DNA of 64,000 nucleotides from Podospora anserina. Taxonomy: Eukaryota. The position numbers were made by a program, and so were the translations under genes. The notes beneath the pieces are model-generated. The model had not been told where the DNA came from. It worked only from the letters and a program-made list of their open reading frames with translations, and did no database searches. Location of the stretch: the NCBI GenBank assembly GCA_017654855.1, contig CM030332.1:496001-560000 (forward strand), read 5' to 3'. Every line of letters begins with the position of its first letter. Position 1 is the first letter of the stretch. Positions 12,093 to 24,166 of the stretch are shown in pieces.

Positions 12093-14759
12093 ATGGCTTT
12101 CACTCATTCAAGCCTACGGCTCTTGCCTCTAATCTCTCTGTTTCTTTCACTCGGTTCTGCCCTTCCCAGCAAGCACTTGAACCGACAGGCTGCGCCTTCC
12201 TACAGTTCTCTCGGTTGCTTCAAGGACAACGAGGGTGGCCAAAGAGCGCTTACTGGCGGAAGCTACGCAGCTGATGACATGACTGTTGCCAGCTGCGCAT
12301 CATTCTGCTCCAAGTTCGAGTTGTTTGGTGTCTCTTACGGCCGTGAGTGTTACTGCGGTCAATCAGTCACAAACGGCAACACCGAGGTGGATGCTGCCGA
12401 CTGCTCTTTCCCATGTGGAGGAGATCCAAGCGAGAAATGCGGCGCTGGCAACAGGGTCAACCTGTACTCCAACGACAACCCATCGATTCGAAGCCCTGCA
12501 ACTCTACCCGGCATTACTTCACTCGGCTGTTTCGTCGACACCGCTGCTCGCATCCTACCACACAACATCATCGGCACCGATGACATGACGGCTGCGAAAT
12601 GCGCGGAGAATTGTGCTGATTACGACTTCTTTGGCACGCAATGGTCCCGCGAGTGCTTTTGTGGCTCGATCTTGCCAACAGAACAGGCAACAGCATCGGA
12701 TTGCTCCATGCCTTGCTCAGGCGATGACAATGAGCTATGCGGTGCCGGCATGCGGTTGAATGTCTATAGCTTCGATAAGGAAACAACGACAACCTCCTCC
12801 TCGGAGCCCACGTCTTCACCGACATCTGAACCAGCTACACCCGTGGCCATCATCGATGGGTTCGAATACCTAGGTTGCTACAACGATAATGTCCCACAAC
12901 GCGTCTTGGGAGGAAAGGTTGTGGTGGATACTGCCATGACACTGGAAAGATGTGCTTCGGAGTGCAAGGACGGCGGGTATGCACTTTTTGGTGTTCAGTA
13001 CAGCTCCGAGTGCTTCTGTGGCACCTCTCTCGATGTCGATAGTGTTCAGGTCCCCGAGGCAGAATGTGCCATGGCATGCAGTGGTAACTCATTGCAGAAG
13101 TGTGGTGCTGGCAACCGGTTGAGTCTTTATGCTGATCCTGGCATTGAGCAAACCGAAACGACTAACCCGGAATCCATTGGCCAGTTTACTTACCGATCTT
13201 GCTGGACGGATGATGTTGGCAACCGGTCTCTTGCGGATTTGGAGCACCGGACAGACGACATGACGGTAGCCAAATGCGCAGATATCTGCCAAGAATATAC
13301 ATACTTTGGTGTCGAGTATGGGAGGGAGTGCTACTGCGGTGACAAGCTTGTTGGTCAGGCTGCTTTGGAAAAAGAGTGCAGGGTTCTGTGCGTGGGTGGA
13401 GGTTATAACTGGTGTGGTGGACCTCTCCGGCTGAACCTGTATGCGAAAGAAGCTATCACTACAATTGCGTCCACCACTGTTTTCGAGACTTTCACGACCT
13501 CCGAGGTTGAATCAACTACAGTGCCAGAGCCAACTACCACTGCCTCTGACATTATTACCACGGCAGATGAGCCATCAAGCACTCCTTCGGAAACCTTGAC
13601 CACAACAGTCCAGGAAATCTCGATCTCGACCGAAGAACCAGGCACCACGACTGAGGAATTCACCACAACAACCGAGGAGTCAACCATCTTAACCGAGGAG
13701 CCAACCGCATTGACCGAGGAATCAACCACGTCCACAGAGGAGCCGACCTCTCCAACCACCGAGGAGCCTACTACGACATTCACTGTTGAAGCGAGCACCA
13801 CCGTTAAACCGTCAACAACTTCGGACATGGTCTTGTCAACAACGACTCTGGTAAGCTCCCCTTCATTGGCCCCGACAACAACCGCAACTTCGACCACCAC
13901 GACACAAGGCCCCAGCTCAGTCACGATCACCAGATGTCCTCCAACCCCAACGTGGGTAGGAAGACCTGAGATGTGCTACGACAGTTCTCTCCCCGGTCAA
14001 TGCGAACTGCTTGCATCGACATTGTACCAACCTCAGGCGATGTCCATGTACTTGTCCAACTGTCACTACATTCTCACCCGCTATGGCCTGCAGCCAAACC
14101 CGGTCACATGCTTCCCTACCTCAACAGCAACCAGTCCAGATGCCGCTGCTGCCACCTCGACTATCAGAAGTGTTCACTCATGCTTACGATCCTCCTATGT
14201 CTGCAGTAAAGCCATGACCTGCGAAACAAGCACCCATCCTGTCGGCCAGGTTCCCGTGCCAACTCAAAGCGTTGGCGTCGAGACTCTCAGCGATGGTGGC
14301 TTCGAGAGCGGGCAATTTGGTAGCTGGAACTTGACTGGAGACACCAGGCTCTTGACTGGCCAAATCTCGGCTTTTCAGGCCAGGACAGGAAATCATAGCT
14401 ACTATGTCTACAACCCCAACTACTACCATGCCGGCCTCGTGCTCACGAGACGAGTCGTCGGTGTGGAACCGGGAAAATACTATCGTTTCAAGGCCAATGT
14501 TTGGATTTCGAATAATCAGGTCAACAACTATATCCAGCTGAGTGTATCTCCGCCGGGGCTTGGTCAGCAGTTTATGCAGCGCTACAGTACGGCGGGCGTG
14601 TGGAGGGAGATTGCAGTACATTTTACGACGACGTCTTCTTGGCTTGAGTTGCAGCTTACTGTCGTTGCACAGCCGATGTATATCAACAACCCGCAGCAGT
14701 GGGAGGGGCCGAATAGTATCTTTATTGATGATATTAGTTTGGTGCGTTTGGGGTACTAG
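12093..14759 (+). CDS. Secreted protein with four WSC domains, Thr/Glu-rich stalk and C-terminal CBM-like beta-sandwich
   Basis: Signal peptide, four repeats of GC.D...R.L...MT...C...C...FG..Y..EC.CG...C...C.G....CG...R...Y, TTEEP repeats, and C-terminal LSDGGFESG...W...IFIDDISL. Confidence 0.9.
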   Translation: MAFTHSSLRLLPLISLFLSLGSALPSKHLNRQAAPSYSSLGCFKDNEGGQRALTGGSYAADDMTVASCASFCSKFELFGVSYGRECYCGQSVTNGNTEVDAADCSFPCGGDPSEKCGAGNRVNLYSNDNPSIRSPATLPGITSLGCFVDTAARILPHNIIGTDDMTAAKCAENCADYDFFGTQWSRECFCGSILPTEQATASDCSMPCSGDDNELCGAGMRLNVYSFDKETTTTSSSEPTSSPTSEPATPVAIIDGFEYLGCYNDNVPQRVLGGKVVVDTAMTLERCASECKDGGYALFGVQYSSECFCGTSLDVDSVQVPEAECAMACSGNSLQKCGAGNRLSLYADPGIEQTETTNPESIGQFTYRSCWTDDVGNRSLADLEHRTDDMTVAKCADICQEYTYFGVEYGRECYCGDKLVGQAALEKECRVLCVGGGYNWCGGPLRLNLYAKEAITTIASTTVFETFTTSEVESTTVPEPTTTASDIITTADEPSSTPSETLTTTVQEISISTEEPGTTTEEFTTTTEESTILTEEPTALTEESTTSTEEPTSPTTEEPTTTFTVEASTTVKPSTTSDMVLSTTTLVSSPSLAPTTTATSTTTTQGPSSVTITRCPPTPTWVGRPEMCYDSSLPGQCELLASTLYQPQAMSMYLSNCHYILTRYGLQPNPVTCFPTSTATSPDAAAATSTIRSVHSCLRSSYVCSKAMTCETSTHPVGQVPVPTQSVGVETLSDGGFESGQFGSWNLTGDTRLLTGQISAFQARTGNHSYYVYNPNYYHAGLVLTRRVVGVEPGKYYRFKANVWISNNQVNNYIQLSVSPPGLGQQFMQRYSTAGVWREIAVHFTTTSSWLELQLTVVAQPMYINNPQQWEGPNSIFIDDISLVRLGY

Positions 14760-15149
14760 TTGGAGTTGGTTGAGGACGGTTTTGGGTATAGAGACGAGAG
14801 ACTTGCAATTTTCAGACCATAAGCACGTGGTGTGGTCTTTTATTTCTTGCTACTGAGTAATCCCTTGTACTCTTTGGGCAAGTGTACATGTGCACTGCAT
14901 ATCTGAGCAAAGAATGTATTTAGAACATCAAATTTAGAACAAAGCCTGCGATTTCAGGTCCCCTTCCCGATAATTACATCCTCTTTCTATGCTTGCCAAT
15001 CCATCTCCTGTGCAGTGTTGCTATACAACTGCTCCGTCTTCCAGCGTTATATACGCCTTCCAAATCTTTGAGGGCAGCCTGCACTGTGATATCTCCTGCT
15101 GAAGCCAGCCACCATTTGACAGTCGCGCTTGAAGAAGGGTACCAAGGGT

Positions 15150-15900
15150 GAAGGTTCCGTCAAAGGTCGAGAGAGAATAGTAAGCCGAGAAGAGGTTATG
15201 TGCCAAGACAAAAGAGCCTGACAACTGCTGATAACTTGGGAAGAAAGCTGGAAAAGGTGCGGAAAGGGTCGGCGTCCCCTAGAAAACAGTTAATGCATCA
15301 AGTTAAAAGATCCAGCCTCGCTGGTAGCGCCTATAGTGGGTTAGTACCATTGTTGTGCAGGGCAATGCATATGAAACTTACTCTCGGTCTGTAGCAGGCT
15401 CAAGATCTTGTCGAGATTTGTGTTGATGGCTGCCTCTGTCTTGTCGATAGCCTTGACCATGGCTTCGGAGGACCTCACCATAGTCCTGGCTTGCACCATG
15501 TTCGGCAGTGGAGGCCTGAATGTCGACAAAGTTCTCCTCCTGCCTCTCCAACTCGCTTTTCCGGTGCTCCAAGTCCATCTTTTCTTTGGCCAAGGCCATC
15601 TCGGCATCCTTGACAGCTTTCTCCCGGTCCACGATGGCGGCGAGTGTGTTTTTGTTGTCAGCAGCTTGCTGCAAGAGCTTCCACAACCTCTCCTCCTCGG
15701 CCTTGGGGCCAGATCTGACAGCCTCGTTGATGCTGCTCTTGAGGTCGCTCACGATTGGCTCCCTCTTGTTTTCGTCGGCAACGCACTTTTGCAGAATGGT
15801 GATATGCGAGCTGGTGATGACCTGTCTGAGCTCGAGCAAACACGTGAGCTTATCTGGATCGCTCCCGAACGCGGCTTTCTCCTTCCTCGAATTCAAGCAA
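15150..15900 (-). pseudogene. Decayed paralog of the coiled-coil/Cys-domain family
   Basis: LLELRQVI...TILQ and EKMDL...FVDIQA resemble 16757-17813. Frameshift near 15500-15510, phase-1 intron 15381-15331, then RLDLLT*CINCFLGD...FSSF...FCL in a shifted frame. No in-frame ATG found; ends are approximate. Confidence 0.6.
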
Positions 15901-16522
15901 ACATCCTCAGCATGTTGGTGGGTATACGGAGAACATGGAGGTACACATTTTCATGTCACTGTGTAAGGTAGCTAGCTGTATCATAACCAAAACCAAGAGA
16001 TGAAAGGTGGTTATGACATTTCCTCAGGGAAATATGGGTAGGTAACCAGTGATATCAAATACTTCCACACTCCATGCGTCAGACATTGGCCATTACAGGC
16101 ATTTGGGGTCATGATCGCTTTGGTACCTCTCGTGGTCTATTCATTCTAGAATCCAAGTTGATTATTTAGGGGCTAGATATAAAGCATCCAGTATGTGGGT
16201 ACTTCAGTGTTGAGGGAGCCCTTAGGTTCGGGAATACCAATCAGCTTGGATCAGCAACAGAGGGGACCACGTTGAGTGGACATGAAGATGGGCCTTATGC
16301 AGAGAGTCTATACAGCTAGGTACATACATGGTCAGCAGAGCTGAGACCGTGGCGTGCTTGATGCTGAAGAAAATGCGGAGAACTCGCACCTGAGCTGTTG
16401 GAAGTTTCTCGCCCTGATTCTTGAGCCCGTAATTATATATCATTGACCCACAGACCGGCTTTCTTTCGTTGCCTTCCTACTCACCCTCTCGCGACTTGAA
16501 AAGAGCCCTCTCTCCCCAACTA

Positions 16523-16586
16523 GGACACCTCTTTCGACTCTTCATCACCTCGCGGACACCTCTTTCGACTCTTCATCACCTCGCGG
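16523..16586 (+). repeat. 31-bp perfect tandem duplication
   Basis: GGACACCTCTTTCGACTCTTCATCACCTCGC occurs at 16523-16553 and 16554-16584. Confidence 0.95.
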
Positions 16587-16756
16587 CATTTCTCAAGCGG
16601 TAGACCCATTCTCTCTCAGGCCGCAGCTAGGTACTAGATATTCCAGTGTCAAGGCGTTTCTTTTGGGATTTTCAGCATGTCGACTAACTCATCAATAGCC
16701 ACTCCACTCCCCTCTTGGCCCCTCGATTCACTCTTCCACCGCGCCATTTATCAACA

Positions 16757-17813
16757 ATGTCCAACCAGATCAACCAAGGTCTCCAGGACTACTTCCGCCT
16801 TGTTTCGGAGACTTTGAAACGCATCGACCAAGAGACAGAGCGTGATGATGGTTCTCGCTTGATCGAGCTGAATGAACTCCGTAGTGTCATCTTGTGCGGC
16901 CAAGGCACAACCATTCTCAACAACATTCTTGATGCCCAAGCCAAAGTGGACGCCGCGACCCGCAATCTTGAAGCCCGAAACAAAGAGCTGTTTGAGCTGG
17001 GACGCTCCATTGAAGAGAATCGTTCTGCTTTGAAGCAGAAGGAGGATGACTTGGTGCGCGACCTTGACGCACAGCGTCGTGTTCTGGAGCAAGAGAAGAT
17101 GGATCTTCAGATCCAAAAGCAAGCCTTCCTTGACGCCCAGGCTATTTCCACTGAGACTCGAGACACAATCTCGAAGACGGAGACTGCCCTCGCCGGTGTT
17201 ATGGCAGCCCAGAGCAAGTTTGAGTCAGACCTTGGCACACTGCTGAAGGCCAGTAATGGTACGTAATCCCAAATTCCTTACCTATCGACGCAACAGACCA
17301 CTAACACCTGTGACAGTCGGTAAGGAGATGGCGCCTCCGCGAAAGAGAGCCAGGACTCAAGACGGCATCGAAGTTGACAGGGTTCAACTTCCCCCCAAGG
17401 TGGTCGCGTTCAAAGAGAAGCGGCTAGAACATCTGACATGGCTTGCTGGTGCCGCAGTTATCATTGAGGGCAGTCTGTGGTATCGCAAAAGCAACATTGA
17501 GACCGGCATTTGCATCATGAACCTCATATCCTCTAATGGCAAGTGGATTGAGAGCTTCCACGCTTTCTGCAGGAGTGAGAATGGCCTCGAGCATCCGGTG
17601 GCTTATTGCTTCTATGCGATTCTCGAAAGCGATCGGAATACCCCTTGGATTCTCGGGGGCGGATGTCACTGTCCACAGCATCGTTTTCCTTGGTCAAGTG
17701 AAGGAGGGAACTGCATTGATATTATCAAGATGGATGCTGCGGAGAGTTATGGGACGATCATGCTCGTTTTCGATGGTGTCAAGATCGTTTTTGATGATGT
17801 TAAGAGCCACTGA
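16757..17813 (+). CDS. Hypothetical protein (~332 aa): N-terminal coiled coil, NLS-like PPRKRAR, C-terminal Cys/His domain
   Basis: Exons 16757-17258 and 17317-17813 (gtacgt...actaac...cag, phase 1) join in frame. Confidence 0.75.
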
Positions 17814-18418
17814 GACGGTTGCTTTTTATCTGGACACAATCAAGATATAGAGACTATGTCCTTTTTCTCTGCTCGTTTGTCTAGGAAGAAAGGTGACGCG
17901 TGAAACCAATAGCTGAGGCATTTCACATACCTGCTTAAGGTGGGTATGTTGTCCGAAGGCTCTCAGGATAGCTAGGTAGTTTAGTCTGAAAACCCTCATG
18001 GCTTTCAGCAACAGGAGATTGGGGTCCGGCGAAGCACTGTTTGTATACTGCCATTAAGTTGAATATCAGCATCAAGCACTCCTTCGAGGATGGTCGCCAA
18101 TGCCCCGATGGCATCTGGCCTTGAAGGAATAAAATTTAGGGGAACTGTGTTCAGAGTCCCAAAGTTATATGGGGAGATCAAACTTACTTAACAGCGCCAA
18201 GGATATCTAAAAGTTGCCCTGAGTGGTTTTAGCAGCAACGGCATAGATAGCCAGCGATGTAGTTAGACTATAGGTATGTGTACAGTGGGAAAGTCTGCTT
18301 CATTATGTGAGTTCTGCTCAATTTGCTGGATCTCAAATGGAATTCCAAGATGCGATGATTGCCATTGTCCATTGTGCACAATATGAATAGGGGGGCAGGC
18401 CGCAAAGACGTCATTGGA

Positions 18419-18516
18419 GCAGACATGGCCGAGTGGTCTAAGGCGATGGTTTTAAGTTACATTTAACTTTATCACCATTATCGAGAGATGCGTGGGTTCG
18501 AACCCCACTGTCTGCA
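18419..18516 (+). tRNA. tRNA-Leu(TAA) with 16-nt intron (18457-18472)
   Basis: Acceptor stem GCAGACA/TGTCTGC, A-box TGGCCGAGTGG, anticodon stem ATGGT/ACCAT with TT-TAA-G loop, long variable arm, T-loop GGTTCGAACC. Confidence 0.93.
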
Positions 18517-18749
18517 AATATTTTCAATGATTTTTGGCTCTGAAAAATATGTTTTTGACAATGATGTGTTTCTTTTTGATTGAGTTCACGACGGCATTAT
18601 GTAAGTCTTATAAAGGGGTTTGAATATACTGGGCTTTTTCGTAGAACGGAGAAGGAATGCTGTAACAGAAAACTCATCGGTTTGCTCCGAACCATTCAGA
18701 ACAGAAGAAGCCTTCTACTACTCATAGCAACTCATCCGAGCATTTATAT

Positions 18750-19067
18750 TTTGGCGCGTTACCGAGCGGTTGAGCAACTATCTAGTCTCCTCAACCAAGT
18801 CAGATAACGAGTGCAGTAAACAACCAACAATAAAAGAGGCAATACGGTGTTTAAGGATCATCGCCTGAAGCCTAAGCCTTACCCGAAGCCCAACGCAACG
18901 GCAACCAACAACTTCTCAACAACCGGCACAAGTTACATAAGTACTTGACGGGCACCAAGTGTTATATTTGTGGCCATGCCCCTAAAGAAGCCACAAATAT
19001 TGAGCTCGTGATCTTCGTACTGGAAAATGCCTTTCGCAGTAGAGGGGACAGAATGGGTCGATTCTAA
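18750..19067 (+). pseudogene. Truncated paralog of 20051-20781
   Basis: From 18856 it translates GSSPEA*...YLTGTKCYICGHAPKEATNIELVIFVLENAFRSRGDRMGRF*, versus HLTGAKCYVCGQAPDEATNIELAIFVLENALRSGGDRMGRFH. Stops at 18873 and 19065; the 5' end is approximate. Confidence 0.8.
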
Positions 19068-20050
19068 CCCAGTTGTAGGCATGAGTCCTCTATACTCCGC
19101 CGTGCTTGAGAACGGCTACTTGTGCCTGAGAGTGAGACTTTGAGTTTAGATAACTCGTCCCAGCAATTCTTTGAAATATAATATGGTTCCATTAGCTCCG
19201 TTCGAGAAGAATCAGCTGTTGCTTTTCTTTTTATTCAATCACCGAGCTAAATCGCCACAGGTAGAAAGTGCAAGTTATATTATTTGCATATCTCAAGATT
19301 GATGGATGAGAACGCTGAACCGGGAATTTGGTGTGAGTGGGTGCCTATTTAATGATGGCGCAGTAAGCTGGCTTGATTCTCCATTTGGTCAGGGGTAAAG
19401 GGGTTTGTTTACTATAGACAAACCATCGACTTTGATGTGTTTGGCTTTTAGTACCTTTGCATGCAGCTAGCTTTTAGCCTTTCCATTAAGCCAAGACCGC
19501 GTTGAATGTGTGATTTGTGAGATTATATGGCTTATCCCCTTACTGTTATGCTTCGTGAACCTTGAAGTGCGGTCTCGGACAACATGCTGTGATAGAAGTG
19601 TTTTTACAGCCCAGGTATTGGCACCAGTTGTAGTGTTTCTGGCTGCTCATGTGTGTGTTTTCACTTGTAAGATGCATCATATATGTAGCCTACGAATTGG
19701 ATGGTCCAGGGCTTTCTTTGGACAGTTCAACATGTCTGACCTTTCCTTGTCCCGAACTGTTCGGCGAGCACTGCTCGCCGAACAACCAAACAAACCCTTG
19801 CCCTATGTTTCCCGGTACACCACGGAACACCCTGGAGTTTGCTCACAGCAAGCTATACGCCGGGTGATGTCGTCCTGCGCCCATAGCTCCATAATGGTCC
19901 AAGCAGCTTCCATTGTTTTCAAATGTTCTTTCTGCAATTCAACAGTGATTTGTTTTGCCCACGCTTCAAAATAAGTTTTCAGTAAATTCTCAAATTCTCC
20001 CCCTCTCTCAACAGCCAACAACAGCCCCAAGTAATCTTTCGATAGCAACA

Positions 20051-20781
20051 ATGTCTGACACTGAAATCTCTGACACTGAAATCTCCGACACTAATATGTC
20101 CGACTCTGGCACCGACAACCTTGAGAGTCTCCTGAGAGACATCCGAGAAGAGGATGCAGTGTTGAACGAGAACAGAGTCCTGTTCAAAAAGGACAAAGCC
20201 GAGTTTGAGAAGGAGAAGGCTAAATTCGAACAGGAGAAGGCCAAATTGGCGGAGGAGAAGGCCAAGTTGGAGGAGGAGAAGGCCAAGTTGGAGCAGGATA
20301 AGGCTGGTATGTAAATTGACGAAGTATATGACCAGATGATCACGTAACTGACTTTGAGACAGGATCCTCGTCTGAGGCCCAACGCGACAATACCCGTCTC
20401 GAGGTGCTTGAACACTTGACGGGTGCCAAGTGCTATGTATGTGGCCAAGCCCCTGACGAAGCGACGAACATCGAACTCGCGATCTTCGTGCTAGAAAACG
20501 CCCTTCGTAGTGGAGGCGACAGGATGGGCCGCTTTCATCATTTTAGGCTCAATGCCGAAGAGGACGAGCCGTTATGCTTGTATGGGGTTATGGAGCTTGG
20601 GCACGAACACCCGCAAGTCGCCCGCCAACTTTGCTGCTGTCCACGGGATATATACCCATACAGCCTCAAGCGTACTGTTTGCGGTTTTCAAGTCACGCCG
20701 TTGACACATGGAGAGTTTGCGTTTATTTTCGACGCGGCAGTTTATCCTGGCATTGGAGTCTATCGGAGGAATTGCTACTGA
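20051..20781 (+). CDS. Hypothetical protein (~224 aa): heptad-repeat coiled coil plus C-terminal Cys domain
   Basis: Exons 20051-20306 and 20363-20781 (gtatgt...actgac...cag, phase 1) join in frame. EKAKLEE repeats; C-terminal domain resembles that of 16757-17813. Confidence 0.78.
20192..20305 (+). repeat. Coding 21-nt tandem repeat (5+ units, EKAK[FL]xx)
   Basis: GAGAAGGCYAARTTSGMRSAG units at 20213, 20234, 20255 and 20276, plus a degenerate unit at 20192. Confidence 0.9.
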
Positions 20782-21686
20782 GAATTTGGCACATGGGAAG
20801 GGGGTTAGAATACTTGGCTTGAGAGTCCGCGACAACACTTCGATTGGATCCATTGGGGGTAGCAGGTTTCTATAGTTCCAAGTTCCAAAGGAAAACAAGG
20901 GTCTGGCAGCTTAGGTAGACGTAGCAGCTGATGCCAAACACCTTTATCAAGTCAAAATCATAAGCGAAGAAAGTCAGGTCCCCTCCAGTCTTTGCTACCT
21001 GCCTCAAACTCGGGCCACTATGGAGGGATGGAGACTGTGATTCAAAGTACATGCTTGAAAAGACGTGGAATACAAGGTAATAAAGGATCTGTACTTATGT
21101 TGAATTCAACAGGTAAGATACATGCTGCTAATAATCCTGGAAATTGTCTCAGATATTCCCCAAAACTGCCCGCAATTCTCTGTACACGACCTGGTACCTT
21201 CACCTCCCCTCTTCCAGAATCCAAAATCTCGTTTTACGCACCTTGACGGAGTTCTTCTCTTGGCAACTTTATACAACTCTCCCAGAGTTCCAACCGTGCC
21301 AAGTGTCAGCTGACGGTGGCGTAAGTTAGAAAAATAGACGTGAATATCGGAAAGAAAATATATGTATTTCCAAATCTGTGGGCGATGATCTCAGTCGATT
21401 GGCGAAAATGTGATGTCGGATTTAGAGGACCCTACTGGCCCCGACCACTGAGTGATGTGAGATCTCAAATCCCGTTGCTTACCGATCTAGGGCCGCCATG
21501 TGACAGCAATACGCCCTAAGCTTTTAGTTGAAAGAAGATTTCTTTGGGCACCTGTTGAAGCATACCTAAGTATAAAAGAAGCTACCCTCCCGGAGAGAGA
21601 ACTCAACACAGACAAGCACCTACAGCTTCTTTGCCAAGATACAACTCCCGTCAACTCGCACCAAAGTCTTTGTTCATCTAGTCAGC

Positions 21687-22227
21687 ATGGTTCACTTCAA
21701 GACACTTCTCACCCTGCCTGCATTTGGAGGCTTCTCATCCAATGCTGCTCCTGCAACCGACATCTCCACCTCTGGGTTGGGCGATATTGGCACACGTCAA
21801 GAACAGTCGACCGATATTTATGCCTGTGAACACAGCAGGTGGCTAGGTCATTGCCAGAACTTCAGGTCTGTTTCTAGGGTTTGCTATAAGTAATAACAAT
21901 ATCACAGGACATAGCTTGACCTCACTGATGCATGAAACGCAGTGAACATCCCCACCAACATAAACGACCGAATCAGTCCTATTCGGAACAACGATTCCAG
22001 ACTCTTTCACTGCGTGTCGTACCAGTATGAAACATTTTGTTACCCGATTCGAGTTATAGTTTTAATTCTAATGGTGTAAAATTGGGCATTCTAACTGCGA
22101 GGGCGTATGCTATACTAATTAGTATAATGCCAACCTTGCTGATGGCTACGGCTTCTTCAACGACCGCATCAGCTCTTGGCGCTGCACCTTTGGCTTCTAT
22201 TACGTCCCTTTGGCCATCGAGAAATAG
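21687..22227 (+). pseudogene. Small secreted beta/gamma-crystallin-like protein, copy A (inactivated)
   Basis: Signal peptide, YACEH..W...C, NDRISPIRN and DG.GFFNDRISSWRC. Intron-1 donor reads ATAAGT instead of GTAAGT, the intron-2 acceptor lacks AG, and exon 3 has an in-frame TAG. TATAAAA lies near 21571. Confidence 0.75.
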
Positions 22228-22712
22228 ACTAGCAGGATGCAAATACCATCCAACAAGGATTCCTGGGGAATTGACTTTCTTGTAACTGGTCGGGCAGTTT
22301 GGTCTTTACGAAAGTGAAAGCCGTATTATGAGGTAGCTTAGTAGTAGATCAATCGATTATTTTTACAACAGTCTTGTCCAAGATTCCCTAATCCCTTCCT
22401 TTATTGCCATTCGTTCGTACCAAAGCCGATTCAACCTACCATCTTTGAGACTCACCAACAGCTTTTGTATTTTAAGAGCATCTAAAATCTATAGCATGCG
22501 GCAAAGCGCAAACTTACCATGTATTGAAGACTTTTATTTGGCAGGATCAACAGTCTTGGTAGAAATGGAGCATTTATGCATGTAACAGTGCAACTCTTCT
22601 CATTATCTGGTCTATTCCCAATACCAAGTTCCCTTCAAAAGCACTAGCCCACGCAGAGGTCAACTGCTCACGACGCCATCCTTTCATAACCTGAGGTCAT
22701 AATCAGAGATCA

Positions 22713-23287
22713 TCAAATAGGGATGATGCAGCACATCGAATTGATACGATCACCAAAAAAACCATTGCCGTCATGAAGATTGGGGTCATTTTGGTTGGTG
22801 TATGTACGACCAGCACAGTTTCCATGTCTGCAATAGAAGTTCACAGGTTAGATCTTGATGACAACTCTCTCAGAGCTGGGCATGATAAACCATATTCTTA
22901 TGGGGTAGGTTATTCCACATACTCGTACCACTCGCAGTAGAATCGATCCGTGTCGAGGTTACGGATCGAACTGATCACATCATTCCACTCGGTGAGGACG
23001 TTGACTATATGAACAATGAGACTATGTCAGTGCGCTGGAGGCGGATTTGACAAGAACTAGGCAGTGGGCCCGTCAATATCCTAAAGTTTGGGATGATCCT
23101 CGCAGCCTTCGTTGTTGTACATCAGAAAGGTTCCGCAAGGAGTGCCCCAGTTGATGTAATGACATGCAAAAACATGGGCAGTCCATTGTCGTGCCTCGAG
23201 GGTGTTCTCTTTGGTGACTTGCGGTGCAGCAGTTGCGGAGAGGACGCCCAGGGCGAGCAAGGTGGTGAAAGATTTGAGATTGAACAT
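22713..23287 (-). CDS. Small secreted beta/gamma-crystallin-like protein, copy B (~126 aa, intact only if a GC donor is used)
   Basis: Exons 23287-23104 (donor GCGAGG), 23004-22923 and 22827-22713. Signal peptide, LEAR|Q propeptide site, FACHYINWG, WNDVISSIRN, HGNC.G..YTNQ.D.NL.DG.GFFGDRINS. Confidence 0.65.
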
Positions 23288-24166
23288 AGCTTCTGCGCAG
23301 AAATGTCGTGAATGCTGCTTTGAGGATGCTCAAGATAGGTCAGGAGCTTACTCGTGGTGAGACGAACCGCCTGCTCTTATACTTCTTACTTGGCTTATCT
23401 TCATGTGTTGATGCACCCAAAAGGCTCAGCAATGGTCGAGATAGGTAAGGTAGGTAGATACCTACCTACCTAGACATGTCCGAACAATTATCTGGCCCTC
23501 TCATGTTGAGTTCAGTTCATCATGAGATGCCTCGCGACAAGGGATGTTGGATCAAGTGAGGAGGGTACAGCATTGGCATCCGCTATGATGCTGCATCAAT
23601 AGTGCTGACGCCGCCTCTTGTCTTTGCGGCAACAAAGCCAGGGGTTAAACCTGAAGAACGCTCCCGCTGACGCACAGGCAAGGCTATCTCGGCGTAGAAG
23701 CATTATACTGGTTTGATTGGATTGCTACGATTGGATTTTGTTGGCGTTGGAGGTTGATGAAGTTTCTCGGACATGCACCCACCGGCCCGCTCCCTGAGAC
23801 CCAGCACTGATCAAACAACTGACCAAAATACTGGTGTCTTTGCTTCCAACATGCGTATATTTTCGCCTTGGCAGATTTCTCCACCTTTAACAACATTGGC
23901 CTTCTTGATAGGTAGGTATCACCGACTGATGCTGTTCTCATGACCCTTGCACGTAGAGGTTAGCACAAGACACTCTTATACCAGATATCTTTTGAGTCGG
24001 GTTCTATCAAGTCTGATCGATCAAGATGACGTGAATGAGTGCCATGCAGTAGAGATTTATCATTCCATATTTATTCCTTATTCACACCGTTCAGATGACG
24101 AACGAAGACCTTTCAAGGGCTGTTCATTCCATTTCAATCTCTCCCATGCTCTACGCCTCAGCGCTC

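Noticed and set aside
15150-20781. Spok-type meiotic driver or Starship cargo
   Set aside because: Only the coiled coil and Cys content are superficially similar. No nuclease or kinase-like domains and no tyrosine recombinase were seen.
23441-23473. AGGTAGGTA-GA-TACCTACCT hairpin
   Set aside because: Low-complexity TAGG/CCTA repeats; no further element structure.
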